A DNA stretch of 64,000 nt from Octopus bimaculoides (lineage: Eukaryota), in the NCBI RefSeq assembly GCF_001194135.2, contig NC_068998.1, forward strand, positions 8,421,938 to 8,485,937. The letters run 5' to 3'. Under the pieces are notes generated by a model. That model made no database searches. It was not told where the DNA came from and saw nothing but the letters and a program-made list of their open reading frames with translations. Below, in pieces: positions 38,816 through 52,490 of the stretch (within the stretch, counting starts at the first letter, position 1; every line of letters starts with the position of its first letter). The translations under genes and the position numbers were made by a program.

Positions 38816-39578
38816 ATAATATCATAATGAACTAATCTTATACTTTCTTTTACTCAAAGCCAGGAAATTTTCAATAGTCCCTCGTACACCTACAAAACCT
38901 AACAATAACATTTTGACTGTAACAACAACGACTACCAATACGATCACCAGGGCAACCAGAAAGAGTACAACTATGGATGGCCACAATGATCACAGCGTTC
39001 ACCAACCTCCACAGACAATCGCAGTACTGACAATCACAACACCAACATCACAAGACCAAGCTACACCGACAATTTCAACCAATAGGAGCTTTGGTAAGAA
39101 CATTGTTTACGCTCATTACCACTACATAAAACAAACAGGTATTAGTAGCTTTAGGCCTATGCAAAAACCCACTCCCTTACACTGTCATAATTTTTGCTAC
39201 ACTTAACAGTAAATTGCTATAAAGATTACTATAAAACCTAAATAGACCGAGAGAGAGAGGGAAAGCGAGACAGAGACAGAGTGACAGACAGACAGACAGA
39301 CTGGAGAATTTCTCTCTCAAAGAAGTGGACGAAACATTCAAACAGTACAACCTCATTTTATCGTAGTAGCTTTCGATTTATAATATTACAGAAGGTTTAC
39401 AAATTAACAACCAAGAAATATTTACCGTTTACTCGTCAACGCCGCCACCTTAATTTCACGTCCAACCATTTTTCTACTCGCTACCTTTTATTTACAATAT
39501 TTTCTTAAAACATATTTCATTGTTTCATTGTCTTGCCAAGTTCTTTGTTGTAAATCGATTGTGAAATTTTCCCCTCTT

Positions 39579-39616
<38 letters not shown>

Positions 39617-41915
39617 NNNNNNNNNNTTTGTTTTGAGGATTTGGCGATATAAGTAATTTTCTATATCGGTTTCTTGAATAATATAATCACCTTTTTTTTT
39701 ACTCTTCTTCAAAAGCCGCCATTATATTATATATTTTGTGATGTATCAGAAAGATTTAGATAGCGTATATATACAAATATATACATATTAAATGTATATG
39801 TGCCTATCTGTGTATGTGTATATATATATATATATATATATGTATATGTATGTATACATACACACACGCATACATATATATATTTAGCAACGATTAAATC
39901 ACGAAAATATTCAATTATGTCTTCCTGTGTGCGAAAAATGAATTATTTAGTTCAATATTTAATTGTTGAAAATACGGACTTGATGAATGGCGTGGTAATG
40001 AAAAGGAAATGAAGTGTAAAAGGTTTCTGAAAAACCATTCTAGTTTCAATATTTTACTGAGAAATTTTCACTTTGAAGTAGAACCCTGAAATACCGCGGC
40101 TGGTAATAAACACTTTTGTGTTGAATAAGATTCCGTCTAGTTGTATAATCACAATAGACGCAACAAAAGCAATTTACTTCACAGAAGAAAATCATGCTCA
40201 CGTTCAGCTACAGTTTCTTTTTCTTTGAGCAGAATTGAAGATTTGACGAAGAAGTATGCAACTATTTGATATATTTTAAAATCTTAGAAAGCATGCACAG
40301 ACCTTTATAAGGTATTTCTTTATAAAGTTTTATTAAACCACATGTTGCGTTGATTAAATTGTTTTGTTCCAGCTCAGACATAAGTATACAAACGTCAAAA
40401 TACTTTTTTAACAAAGAAATTGTGAAGAAACTGATACATATTTATTTTATTTTCAAGAATTACTTGTACTTATTTTTCAGATTAATGTGTAGAAAGCAAC
40501 ATGTTCAAAATATCTTTTTGTATTTTTTTTTTTTTGGCATTTTTTTGCATTTATTTCTCAATGCGTAAATAATCTGTTTCTCATATTACAGTAACCATAC
40601 AGTTGACTTGCATGAAGACATATGTAACGCATTGGATTACTGGGTATCTCTACTTGTATTTTGTATGCAGGAAGACAAACCATTAGTTTTATTGATCATA
40701 TATGTTAGGTTGTTATTTTGAGATGCTTCAAGAATATAATATCAGGAACAAAAATTGTTTCCCTGCTGTTATTTCCAATAGATGTCACAGAAAACGTAAA
40801 TCAGCGAAAATTGTTTAGCGAAGAGAAACAGACAGAGACGACGAGAGAGAAACGAAGAAAGAAAGAAAAAAAGAATGACGCAGAGTGAGGGAGAAAGGTG
40901 GGGGTAAACAAAGAAATAATAGAATCTTTCAGGGACTTTCATTCACTTCCGAAACTATACACAGCGGGGTTCCAGCGCGGTAATTGAATGTACCTCGAAG
41001 AAATACTTGACAAATTTCTCTTGAATGACATATTAGGAAGATGCGAAGCGACATAACTAGGATGGTGCTATTGCTACGCAGACCGATGTCGTGGACGGAA
41101 TCCGAAGAAAGATCACTCAAACGATTAGCAGTCAACGACTAACGGATACAATCCAGCATCTTCTCAACTCATGTGACATCTCGGCTCTCTGACATTCCAG
41201 TTGATACCATAATGAACTCTGCCACTCGGAGATAGCTAATCTCATGCCACCGCCGACGTTGAAGGATAACTGTCTCGCTTCTCTTTGCCACGTGCGTCAT
41301 CAATGTTGTATTTTGTGGCAACTACACCCGTCTTTTATGGCCCCGCGCTAACCTCTATGCCTTGTCCTTTCCTCCCCAGAAGACCGACCATTTGGAATCT
41401 ACTCCTTTCTCTTATTTATTTGTACAACTGTTAATCTGTATCAGATTAAACGGACGCGGCATTAACAGCATCAAACTCCACCGGTCTCGGAAGGACAGCA
41501 AAGACCGTGGGTGCCTCTATCTTCCCTCATAAAATTATACGCATGAAAAAATGGAAAAATAATACAAAAGCATCACCCACACGCATAACAAAAGGCACAC
41601 ACATATAACAAATACAACGTATAACAAAGCGCAGATTCTCCCTTTCTATTTCCGTTTCTGTCATGCACACACGCACACACACACACGCACACACGACAAT
41701 GTACGCAATGTACATAAGGTTGCAAATTACTGAATATTCAGCTGAGTAAAAGTATCAAGGAAAAAGCCTTGTCGTATTTAGTTATCTAAAACTATATATT
41801 TATATTTATTTTATACTGTGAAACTTAATTTAATTTTAATTTTTAATAAATTGATTCCAATGGAGTTTTTACCTGTAATTTTGGATTTTATCCCTTATAT
41901 ATATATATATATATG

Positions 41916-42099
41916 TAGATGTATACCTGTGTGTACATAGATATATATATATATATATATAGATGTATACCTGTGTGTACATATACATATATATAGATGT
42001 ATACCTGTGTGTACATATANNNNNNNNNNNNNNNNNNNNNNNNNNNNNNNNNNNNNNNNNATATATATATATATATATATATATAGATGTATACCTGTA

Positions 42100-42100
<1 letters not shown>
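41916..42100. repeat. Minisatellite TAGATGTATACCTGTGTGTACATA interspersed with (TA)n
   Basis: Unit starts at ~41916, 41960, 41994 and 42084. A gap spans 42020-42060. Confidence 0.8.
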
Positions 42101-42135
<35 letters not shown>

Positions 42136-42225
42136 CATACATATCTATATATACATACACAGATATATATATGTATACATATATGTATACATACATATCT
42201 ATATATACATACAGATATATATATG

Positions 42226-42267
<42 letters not shown>

Positions 42268-43257
42268 CTTATATATACTTCTAATATAAAAATAAAATTT
42301 TATTTAAAAATTTTATCAGTGGCCAGGATATGAAAAATACCTTTTGAGGTAAAATTTTAAATATATGTACATATAATCATGTATGTATGTATGTATGTAT
42401 CATGCCATTTAAGACCTTAGACATGAACGACTGACAAAGCGAATGAGTGAAATACTATGCGGCCAAACGGACGACTGAAGATAGTAACCAAATGTCTCCA
42501 AGCGTCTGAAAACATGTCATTATATTTTCGATAATATATAAGTGCAATATGCTTGTTGCGGGGAAATTAATGCTGTTCACGGCAGCAATATCTTGGATCA
42601 TAGCTACAACGCTTTTGATCCCACTCAGTCAGGAATGATCTTCGTTTAAAAAGCATCAAAGCAAATCCACCAAACAATCGTAACATTAGAAGATAACACA
42701 AAACACTGTTAGATATTTAGGTTGATGTTTTTTTCTCTGGTTGTCATCTTGCAAATATGAAGAAAGAAAAACTAACATATTGCAGAAAAAAAGAGGATAT
42801 TTGTTTGTGAAGATATATTGACAGATGTTGCAAGAATGACAAACGATCGGGTTTTAAATTTCATTCTAAGGAAACATAGATGCTGGTGAGATAATTGAGA
42901 AAAAATGTACACACATGTGCTTATGAAGAGATGTGCCTATCACTTTCACATTTATATACAATATATTGAAATGTCGAACCAACGAGAGAAACTCCACGTG
43001 ACCAATAAACTTGTTAGAAATTGCAGGTATATCTTACTGAAATCTCACCATACCGTCTTGAAATGTGTGACGATGTATAATATAGTCGTTCTTAAAGTAT
43101 GGTTGAAAAAAAATGGAATTTTCACGGCTGGAATCAGTTTGGTAATAATTCTTCTGAACCAGAAAATGGCAGGAACTCAACGATAAAATCCTGTGCTAAA
43201 TCGTAGTAATTTGAAAAATCATTAGTTAATAATGACTTTACTATTTCGTTTTTTTTT

Positions 43258-43633
43258 TTATCTCTTACTTGTTTCAGTCGTTACACTGCGGCCTTGCAGG
43301 AGCACCGCCTTGAAGGAATTTAGTGGAATGAATCGACCCCGGTACCTTTTTTCTCTTTAAAACCTTGTACTTATTCTATCGGTTTCGTTTGCCGAACCGC
43401 TAGTAAACGGGAACGTAAACATGCCAGCATCGTTTGTCAAGCGGTGATGGTGAACAATTACAGACACAAAAACAATCACTCACACACACACACATACATA
43501 CACAGATATATATATTTCCTTTATATATATACAAAAGGCTTTGTAGAAGACAGTTACCGAAGATGCCATGTAGTGAGACTGAACCCGAAATCGTGTGGTT
43601 AGGAAGCAAATTTCTTACCACACTTCCATGCCT
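43258..43633 (-). mobile_element. Family-B SINE, placed head-to-head with a family-D head at 43646-43780 (+)
   Basis: Tail TCTTACTTGTTTCAGTC...GGAGCACCGCC through head GAACCCGAAATCGTGTGGTTAGGAAGCAAATTTCTTACCAC. Immediately followed by GGTGCGTGGCCTAGTGGTT...TTCGATTCCTGG. Confidence 0.8.
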
Positions 43634-45354
43634 ACTCTAATTTGTGAGGGTGCGTGGCCTAGTGGTTTGGGCGTTTTTACTCTCAATCGGAAGACCTTTG
43701 TTTCGATTCCTGGAACGGCTGGTAGGTTGTGCTCTTCAGAAAAAGCACTTAATTTCATGCATCTCCACTCCACTCCACGCATTCAGAGTGACATAATTCT
43801 TTTTCAGTTAAACTGAGTTACATCACTGTTTTTGTTTTAATCGATATCGTATAAATCTCCAGAGACCAAGTTTGAACTTTCAATAATCATATCAGTTTTC
43901 TAGTCCAACACCAAGACTTCTTGGCAAATGTTCTTTGTAAATGGAAGAGAAAATTTGCCATTTACAAAGTTGTAACCATTTTTATATTTTAATGTAAATC
44001 GTTCTGTTTGCCAATGTATAATTGAGTGAGATGCAATACGCTATAAAGAACAGGAAAAAATCGAAAGCATAAACAGCAGAAAACTACGAAACAAATAAAA
44101 TACTAACGCCTGCTGCAAATACCAAATAATTATCTATTTGCCATCAATCTGCATTAATTGAAATACATAGTTATTTTATAGAATATATTATTTTTAATAG
44201 AAAAAATAACTCAGTGAAAATGCTATAAATGAATAATTTATCCCGTTTTATTTTATATTATGTAGTTAACGTATGATTATTTTTTAAATTTAAAATCCAT
44301 TATTAAAACAACAAAACAGCACACATATATGTGTGTGTGTGTGTGTGATATATAATCAATTATGTTACCTAAGTTTTAAACCCATTGTCACTGCGTAATC
44401 CTTACTTTCACTCATGACATTCAGAAATTTATTTCCCATGTAATTTATTTATAAGCCTTATAAATATGCATCTTCACCTCACAGCGAGCTTGCTTGCTAC
44501 ATATACAACATATACAGTATCAGTACTTATGATTCCTAAAAGTTTGAGTCGCCATTATTATTGGTTATATTTCTTGCCATACTGAACCAAGTGCATTTTT
44601 ATAAACCTTTATCTTTATTTCGATCTAAACCAAACTTTAAAATACCAATAGTGTGCGTATTCATTTTTAACGCCTACCAACAGCCTTGTACGTAAATATG
44701 CTAATCACCATTGTTACTCACATTTTCAGAATAACTTCTTCGTTGAGATGATGTATGTTGACAACATACTAGATTCGGTGATGAAGTAAACATTGTGATT
44801 CCAGTGTTTCGACTTCATTTGTCTCTTGAGTCTAATCTAAACTTGCATTTCTGAATCTAAACAAGATTGGTTTATGGAATTCATTGTGTTTATAGAATTC
44901 AAGATAGAAGTGATGTGCTGATGAGTACTGCTTTCTCCCAAGTCAACAATAAGTTATTACGGTTCAGTAAAACAGCAAGAATGGAAATGAGATAGATATT
45001 TGTCACCACAAGACTCTAAGAAAAATACTTGCTTACCTAAGGGAAGGAACTCATAGCATGTTTGGAAATGGTTCTTCTTTATCACACAGCCATTCCTAAC
45101 AAATCTTTTATCATGTTACTGCAATTATCAGAAATACCTCAAATATTTTTTTACATTCTCATCTACCTGTTATTCAGAATTAGTATAAGAGTGTCCTTCA
45201 CAAAATCAATCACATGGAACCTTTACGTCGACACTGCCCAACAAATGCGGTTACACAGAGTATATATAAAAGCAAATAATGGCGATCAATATTTATCAAC
45301 TCTGGGAGTAAACATGTAAAATGTAAACAATGCTCAACTTTACAACAATCTAAT

Positions 45355-45610
45355 TTAGCTTCAATAACATCAACTCTGCGTTAGCAAAGCGTTCAAGGTC
45401 TCGTGGTCGCTGTTGGAGATGGAAAATCGAGTTGGTACATAATTGATACTATGGAAGCACATTCACGACTAAGGCTCGAGATGAAGCCATCACTCTACAT
45501 ACATCGACAAACAAACAACAGATCTCGGAAGATAAAGCTGAAAGAACTGCCTATTTGTTCGAACGTGAAGGCCACTAGTTAGGAGCGACTGGTTTCATTT
45601 GCAGAAAAAG
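45355..45610 (+). mobile_element. Old LINE reverse-transcriptase fragment (domains 4-5 like)
   Basis: Homologous to the 46698-46840 insert, whose translation PIISTLLRQSVESLVVAVGDGKVGWYIRGYYGSILTD resembles SP.LF...VD.L...L....VG.YI.GY.V..LAYADD. Confidence 0.45.
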
Positions 45611-46611
45611 AGTCACTGGACTCTAGTCATATATAAATATAGTCCAAATAACAGAATTGCTTCTGTTTTACTTACTATGGTTGTTCACATTGAAGTTGTT
45701 GTTTTAGTGACTGTTATTTGTTGTTGTTTTTTGGGATTTTTTTTTACATGACTGTTAGAGCTCTTTGTCTTATTGTTGACGAGTGAATGTTGTTTTTTTT
45801 TAATTCCAAGTCACAATACATTGAGCAAAATTATGACCACTATCCTCAAACCATAATCATCACGTTCTGCTATTTCCTGTTGATTGTTCTAATTTGCTTT
45901 TCCAAAATACTGTTGGTGTATATCATGTGATATGTGGCTGCTATATTAATCGAGCGACAACTAAAGACTCCCTTATTTGTTCTGAAAATGTCCTTTTTGT
46001 TACAATCTTTGCTTCTCACTTTCACAATTGCCAAATGCATTCTTATACAAATCATGAAGCAGCAAACTAAATTAAGTAAAGGAAATTTATGATTTCTTTG
46101 ATTAACCAAGTTTGGCTTTGCTTTAGAATTCATTAATAAGTCCACAAAGATAGACAACATCAGAAATGTCACATAACCACCATGCTGCTAATTATCTCTA
46201 TGGCTTCACTTACAAATCATAAATCAGTTCCCATGGCCATGCTAATGAAGCCTACAATAACGCTATTATTTGGTCCTGTCATGTTCTTTGTCCTATGGTT
46301 TTCATGAAACAGAGAAGCATGTAATGCCAGTAGGTGGAAACCGAGCATATAATTAGATTATTGGAGCATATTAAATAAGTTTTGATACTACTGAGATTTT
46401 GCTAAAATAATAGTCTACATTCTACAGTTCTTGATAGAACAAACGAGTCACTTTCCAATATTTTAGCTCAATAGTATCCGTTCTTTTCTAAGAATCAGCG
46501 TTTTGAGATTATGAAAATATAAAAGGGACTTCTTGTCTATAATCTGTTTTACAAATCTAGATGGATTGGATTTTTAGTGAAATTAGTTATATATTGGTGC
46601 AACTAGGTCCA

Positions 46612-46910
46612 GACGTCGCTGTCTGGTAAGAAGCTTGCTTCTCAACCACATGATTTCGGGTTCTGTCCCACTGGGCCACAGCTTGGGCAAGCGTCTACCT
46701 CCAATAATATCAACTCTTCTTCGACAAAGCGTTGAAAGTCTTGTGGTTGCTGTTGGAGATGGAAAAGTGGGCTGGTACATACGTGGATACTATGGAAGCA
46801 TATTAACGGATAAGGCACGAGGAGAAGCCCTCGCTTTACATAGCGTCGGGCGGACCAAACCTTGTGAGTGAACTTGGTAAACGGAAACTGGAAGAAGCCC
46901 ATCGTGTATG
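46612..46910 (+). mobile_element. Family-B SINE interrupted by a 143-bp LINE-like insert
   Basis: The SINE consensus ...TTGGGCAAGTGTCTTCTACTATAGCCTCGGGCCGACCAAAGCC... is broken between 46697 and 46841. Confidence 0.8.
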
Positions 46911-47145
46911 TATATACATATATGTGTGTGTGTGTGTGTGTGTGTTCATATAATGATATCTACCAAATGTATTGGTAAGATAAAACATGTAATCGTTACC
47001 AAAATATCAAAACTTCGTCCACAAAGGTCTATAGTAAACTCCTTATGAATCGATCTCCTTGGTTATATATCAAAACATTTTAATAAGAGCTTTGACGCTA
47101 AATCCATATATATTAAAATTTATTACCTATGTATACATTTCTGTA

Positions 47146-47282
47146 TAAGGGCAAATTCAACTCTTAATTCAAGTTAAATAAGTAAATTACCTTACACATC
47201 CGCAGGGTGTTTACATTTTACCCTGTGGATGTGTAAGGTAATTTACTTATTTAACTTGAATTAAGAGTTGAATTTGACCTTA
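47146..47282. repeat. Palindromic MITE-like element: 63-bp inverted arms, 11-nt loop
   Basis: 47146-47208 is the reverse complement of 47220-47282 with two mismatches. The flanks are TA-rich. Confidence 0.85.
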
Positions 47283-47299
47283 CATATATATATATATAT

Positions 47300-47775
47300 A
47301 TATAGTGTGTGTGTGTAGTTGGACTGTTTCAAGCTCCGCAGTTAGTTTGGCACTATATGGTGACCATAACTGGGAACAGTAGTCTAGGGGGTCGAGAACA
47401 AAGGTTCTCCATAGGGTCAACATAACTTCTTGGTCTCTTGTCTTGGAGGATCTCAGTATCCATCCTGTCAGTTGTCTGCATTTTGCTGCCATCTTGCCTA
47501 TGTGCATACGAAATGATGCCATATTGCACATGCTGATACCCAAGTCTTTCACTGCCTGTGACTCTGAGATTTTAGGGCCTTCGGGTCTTGTAAATGTACA
47601 GTGTACTGTATTTGTACTGAGTTTATAATGTAGTACTTGAAATTTTCCAGCATTAAACTGCATGTTGTTTATTTCGGCCCACTTGTATACTGAGTTCAGA
47701 TCCTGTTGTAAGCTTGTAATATCCTCTTGGTTTTATTACTGCCTGTGATAATTTTGTGTCATCGGCATAGCTGTG
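47300..47775 (-). mobile_element. CR1/L2-type LINE RT fragment with YADD motif
   Basis: YADDTKL at 47769-47749, then MQFNAGKFQVLHY...VKDLGISM...CRQLTGWILRS.KTRD.EVMLTLWRTFVL..LDYCSQLWSPY...ELETVQ. Bounded by microsatellites on both sides. Confidence 0.9.
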
Positions 47776-48180
47776 TTTGTGTGTGTGTTTATGTATGTGC
47801 GTTGTGCGTGTGATTTTGTGTGTGTGTGTAAGTGTATGAATGTTAGTATATGTATAAGACATTGAGTGAATTATATACATATTATACACACAACTAAATA
47901 TGATACATGTATACATATATTACACGCACATACGTGAATAAGTATATATGTATATGATATATATACGTTAGACATAAACTTACATTGTAATATTGTGATT
48001 TTGAGGAAGAGAGAAAGAGAGAGGTAAGACAGAGAAGGTAGAGAGAGGAAAAGAATTACATCAATACGGATGTTACATGAAGGAGCTATTCAATTTTCGA
48101 GTTTGATACACAAATACATCTGTATACATACACACTCACATATATGTGCGTGTATGTATATAAATATATATATATGTATC

Positions 48181-48252
<72 letters not shown>

Positions 48253-48685
48253 GTTCTACCAGCAGTGAAAGCAGTATCAATGCAATACAACAATAAAAAC
48301 AGAAAACAAATGCTACTAATCTATTATTAATATATATATGTGTATGTATGTATGTATGTATACATACATATACATACGTGTGTGTGTGTGTATATATATA
48401 TATGTATTCTATATATGTATGTATGTGTATATATATACATATATATATATATATGTCTGTGTGTGTATAAAATATATACATTGATTATCTAACAGAAAAT
48501 AAATAAAAAAGCTGAAAGAATATTTTAATAGAGATGTACATATTCATTGAACATTGCGAAGAATTTTCGTATAATTCAATTTCTTTCAATTATATCAGCA
48601 TTGCCAATACAATGACAACTTGAAAAAGTAGATATTTTGTTTGTTTGCTATGTATACAGGCATATATACATACATATATATATAT

Positions 48686-48721
<36 letters not shown>

Positions 48722-49083
48722 GTATATGTAAGTATGTCTATTAGTTTTCCGTTCTCTTATTTCTTTTAGTAAACCTCTCTTCTTCTCAAAGACGTTTGGT
48801 TATAATTTCAATATTTAAAAATATATAAACTCAGATTACCAATACAATATTGATTATCAAGTAAATGACAATTTAAATTAACAATTTTCCTTTTATACAT
48901 TTATCAATAATACAGCGAGTTTTATCTTTTATCAATAACGTAATATCATAATATGGCATATTTGATTATGGAAATTTAGATTAAGGGAATAAAAGGAAAA
49001 AAAGAAACGAAAAGAAATTAATTCTTCAAGAGATATTTTCATGTCCTTGTCAATAAATTTGTATCCGAGGATACATTACACAT

Positions 49084-49140
<57 letters not shown>

Positions 49141-49373
49141 CACATACATAATCTAAACATATAAATATTTGTGTACACATAGATACACACATATATATAC
49201 ATGCATGTATAATGTATATGTATGTATGTATGCATGTACTTATGTACGTATATATGCGTTCTTGAGTCTTTACTTTGTAGACATATCATACACACGTAAA
49301 CGTAAGTATATAGGTGCTCATGCATATATACAGCTGTATATATATATATATATATATATATATNNNNNNNNNN

Positions 49374-49404
<31 letters not shown>

Positions 49405-49529
49405 CATACGTATATAGATACATATAGATCCATTCACATAATATAACACTGATATTTAACTGCATATATAAACACAAACTCACATATATATGTGACGACA
49501 CACATTAAGTATGCATGTGTAGATAACAT

Positions 49530-49585
<56 letters not shown>

Positions 49586-49897
49586 CTCAACACAAAAATC
49601 TGAGTTCCACATCGAAAGGAGGAGAGATACAGTTAACAATTAATTTCCTTTATTGTATTTCGCTTCGGTTTTTTGTTCTGGAATAAAATTTTCACAGGTG
49701 TCATACTCTACATTTATACTTACTCAATATGTCATTGAGGAGCTGTCGAGATATCTGGTGTTGTCACTAAGTGTAAACATGTCGATACTATCGTTCTTGT
49801 TTGTCGCCGTTTCCCGTGGAATCGAGCTGATATGGAATTGATAAAGTATGTTCAAGTCTTTATGTATTCCAAACTTATGTTTCATTTAATTTCATTT

Positions 49898-50306
49898 GTG
49901 GCTGTGTGGCAAGAAGCTTGATTTCCAACCACATGGTTCCCAGTTCAGTCCTACTGCTTGGTACTTTGGGTAAGTGTCTTTTACGACAGCTTCAGGCCGA
50001 CCAAAGCCTTGCGGGTGGATTTGGTAGACGGAACTGAAAGAAACCCGTCTTATGAACATATATGTGCGTATCTGTGTATGTGTGTAACTTTGTATCTGTG
50101 TTTGTCCACCCACCATCGCTTGACAACCGCTGTTGATGAGTTTACGTACCCGCAACGTAGCTGATCACCAAAAGAAACTGATAGAGTAGGTACTAAGCTT
50201 ACAAGGAATAAATCCTGGGGACTATTTGTTGGAGTAAAACACTTTATGAGTGTGCTCCAGCTTGGCCGCAGTCAAATGATTGAGACGAGTAAAAGAATAA
50301 AAGAAT
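49898..50306 (+). mobile_element. Family-B SINE, near full length
   Basis: GTGGCTGTGTGGCAAGAAGCTTG...CCAAAGCCTTG.G.GTGGATTTGGTAGACGGAACTGAAAGAA...GGCCGCAGTCAAATGATTGAGACGAGTAAAAGAATAAAAGAAT. Confidence 0.9.
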
Positions 50307-50490
50307 ATATGGAATTTTTAACATAGATTTTCCGATGGAACACATTGCTAAAAGGATTCGTTATAATTTGGCTCATTTCGTCTGTATTTTTTTTACATTA
50401 TTGACTGCTAATTCGAGGAATTAGCAGTTGAATTAATAAACATATCATCACGTATACACAAAACATTTACTTTTCAATATAGAAATATAT

Positions 50491-50826
50491 TAAGGCGGTG
50501 AGCTGGCAGAAACGTTAGCACGTTGGGTGAAATGCTTAGCGGTATTTCGTGTGTCTTTACGTTCTGAGTTCAAATTCCGCCGAGGTAGACTTTGCCTTTC
50601 GTCCTTTCGGGGTCGATAAATTAAGAACCAGTTGCGTACTGAGGTCGATAAATTAAGAACCAGTTGCGTACTTGGGTCGATCTAATCGACTGACAAACCT
50701 CCCCAAAAATTTCGGGCCTTGTGCCTAGAGTACAAAAGACTATTCCGCATTTATAAAGGCGGCGAGCTGGCAGAAACGTTAGCACGCCGGGCGAAATGCT
50801 TGGTGGCATTTCGTCTGCCTTTACGT
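50491..50826 (+). mobile_element. Family-A SINE with an internal 30-bp duplication, followed by a second partial head
   Basis: GGTCGATAAATTAAGAACCAGTTGCGTACT occurs at 50611-50640 and 50643-50672. A new head AAGGCGGCGAGCTGGCAGAAACG starts at ~50756. Confidence 0.9.
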
Positions 50827-51336
50827 AGATACTACACACGCATGTATGTTGAGAATGAATGCTCAACATGGCATTAGCGAAAGAATATTCTTTATCTGTG
50901 AGTTAACAAGGCCACTAGTATTTTCATATGTAAAAGATCTCTACAATTGCTCAAGCGAACCACTAGTAAGTGTTGATACTCGTCTCCATTTTGGATGAGA
51001 ATATCAAAAGCGTATTCATATATATTTATCTTATATCGTTTACTCCTCTCCGTCATCAGACTACGACCATGCTGATGTAACTCCTTGAAGAATTGTTAGT
51101 CGAACAATAGAACCACAATGCTTAGATTTCTTTAAGGCCTGCTACTTATTTTATCGTTTTCTTTGGCCGAACCGCGAAGCTACAGATTCGTAAACACTCC
51201 GACACCGTTTGTCGAGTGATGGTTGGGAGACAAAGACCGACAAAGAGGTACTCATACATTCACACATATATATACGCGTGCGCGTGCGTACGTATGTGGA
51301 GTGTTTATGTGTGAATGTGTGGGTCTGTGTGTATGC

Positions 51337-51396
<60 letters not shown>

Positions 51397-51696
51397 TCTT
51401 CCCTTTTATCTATAGCGCAGTTCATGTAATTTCTAGTCAGTGTTAATGATATATATATTAAGAAGAGATATATTGTAGTAAAATCAAAGACATTAAATAC
51501 AGACTGGAGGCATTTCATAGGAAATTTTCATTTTCTTTCTTCATATATTGTTGTAAGCTTAAGAAAATCTTCACAGGGTTGTTCTGAATAATTTCTTCCG
51601 CTATTAACAAGCATTTCGACATTGATCATTTCGACTCTGACGTAAACTATTCCGACGATAGATGTGTGTTGTATTTAGCAATATTTAAGACTCTAA

Positions 51697-51960
51697 GTGG
51701 CTTAGCGGTAAAGATGCTACACTCACGATCGTAAGATCGATGTTTCGATTTGCAGACCATACAGTGAGTTGCGTCCTGGAACAAGAAAGCCTTTATTTTC
51801 ACGTAGCTATAACCCATTCAACTGTAAATGAGTTCCAGTAATGCCTGGAGAAATAACCTGGGGACTGGTGGTCTTGTGTTCAAATCCCTGTCACTTTTAG
51901 ACCATGGAAACCGGGCTTACTACAGGTCCCTTGTCTCCGGAGCTTACGTTCAGGTTCTGA
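51697..51960 (+). mobile_element. Degenerate family-D SINE
   Basis: GTGGCTTAGCGGTAAAG...GTTTCGATTTGCAGACC...TTTCACGT...GGAAACCGGGC. Confidence 0.6.
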
Positions 51961-52018
51961 TAATTTATTATAGCAAACCTTTCCAAGGTCTACATATCAA
52001 CATGGTCTACATTTATCA

Positions 52019-52490
52019 ATATTTAAGACGGTAACAAGGGAGCAAAGTAACAGAATCGTTAGCACAACCAACAAAATATTTAGCAGCATTTCGTCTGTCT
52101 TTATGCTCTGAGTTTAAATTTCGCCAAGGTCGACTTTGCCTCTCATCAATTCGGGAGAGATAAAATAAGTACCAGTTGAACATTGGGGTCCATGTAATCG
52201 ATCTAGCCCTTCCTCCGAAAGTGCTTGCTTTGTGCCAAAATTTGAAACCGATATTTAAGACGGTAACAAGGCGGAAAGGTAGTAGAATCGTTAGCGTACC
52301 GAACAAAATGCTTTGTGGGGTTTCGTCCGTCTTTACATTCTGGGTTCAAATTCCGCCGAGATAGACCTTGCCTTCGATTCCTTCGAGATCGTTAAAATAA
52401 TTGTCAAATTAAGCACTACGATCGATGTAATCAACTTATCTCATCTCTCGAAATTGCTGGTCTTGTGCCAAAATTTGAAACCAATATTTA
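52019..52490 (+). mobile_element. Head-to-tail pair of diverged family-A SINE units, ~232-bp period
   Basis: ATATTTAAGACGGTAACAAGG occurs at 52019 and 52251, with a variant at 52484. Both units end TGTGCCAAAATTTGAAACC. Confidence 0.8.

Noticed and set aside
45790-46200. Possible BEL/Pao or Gypsy integrase remnant (..LEKQIRTI..)
   Set aside because: Only one short resemblance to WERQIRTV, and the other integrase motifs are not recoverable.
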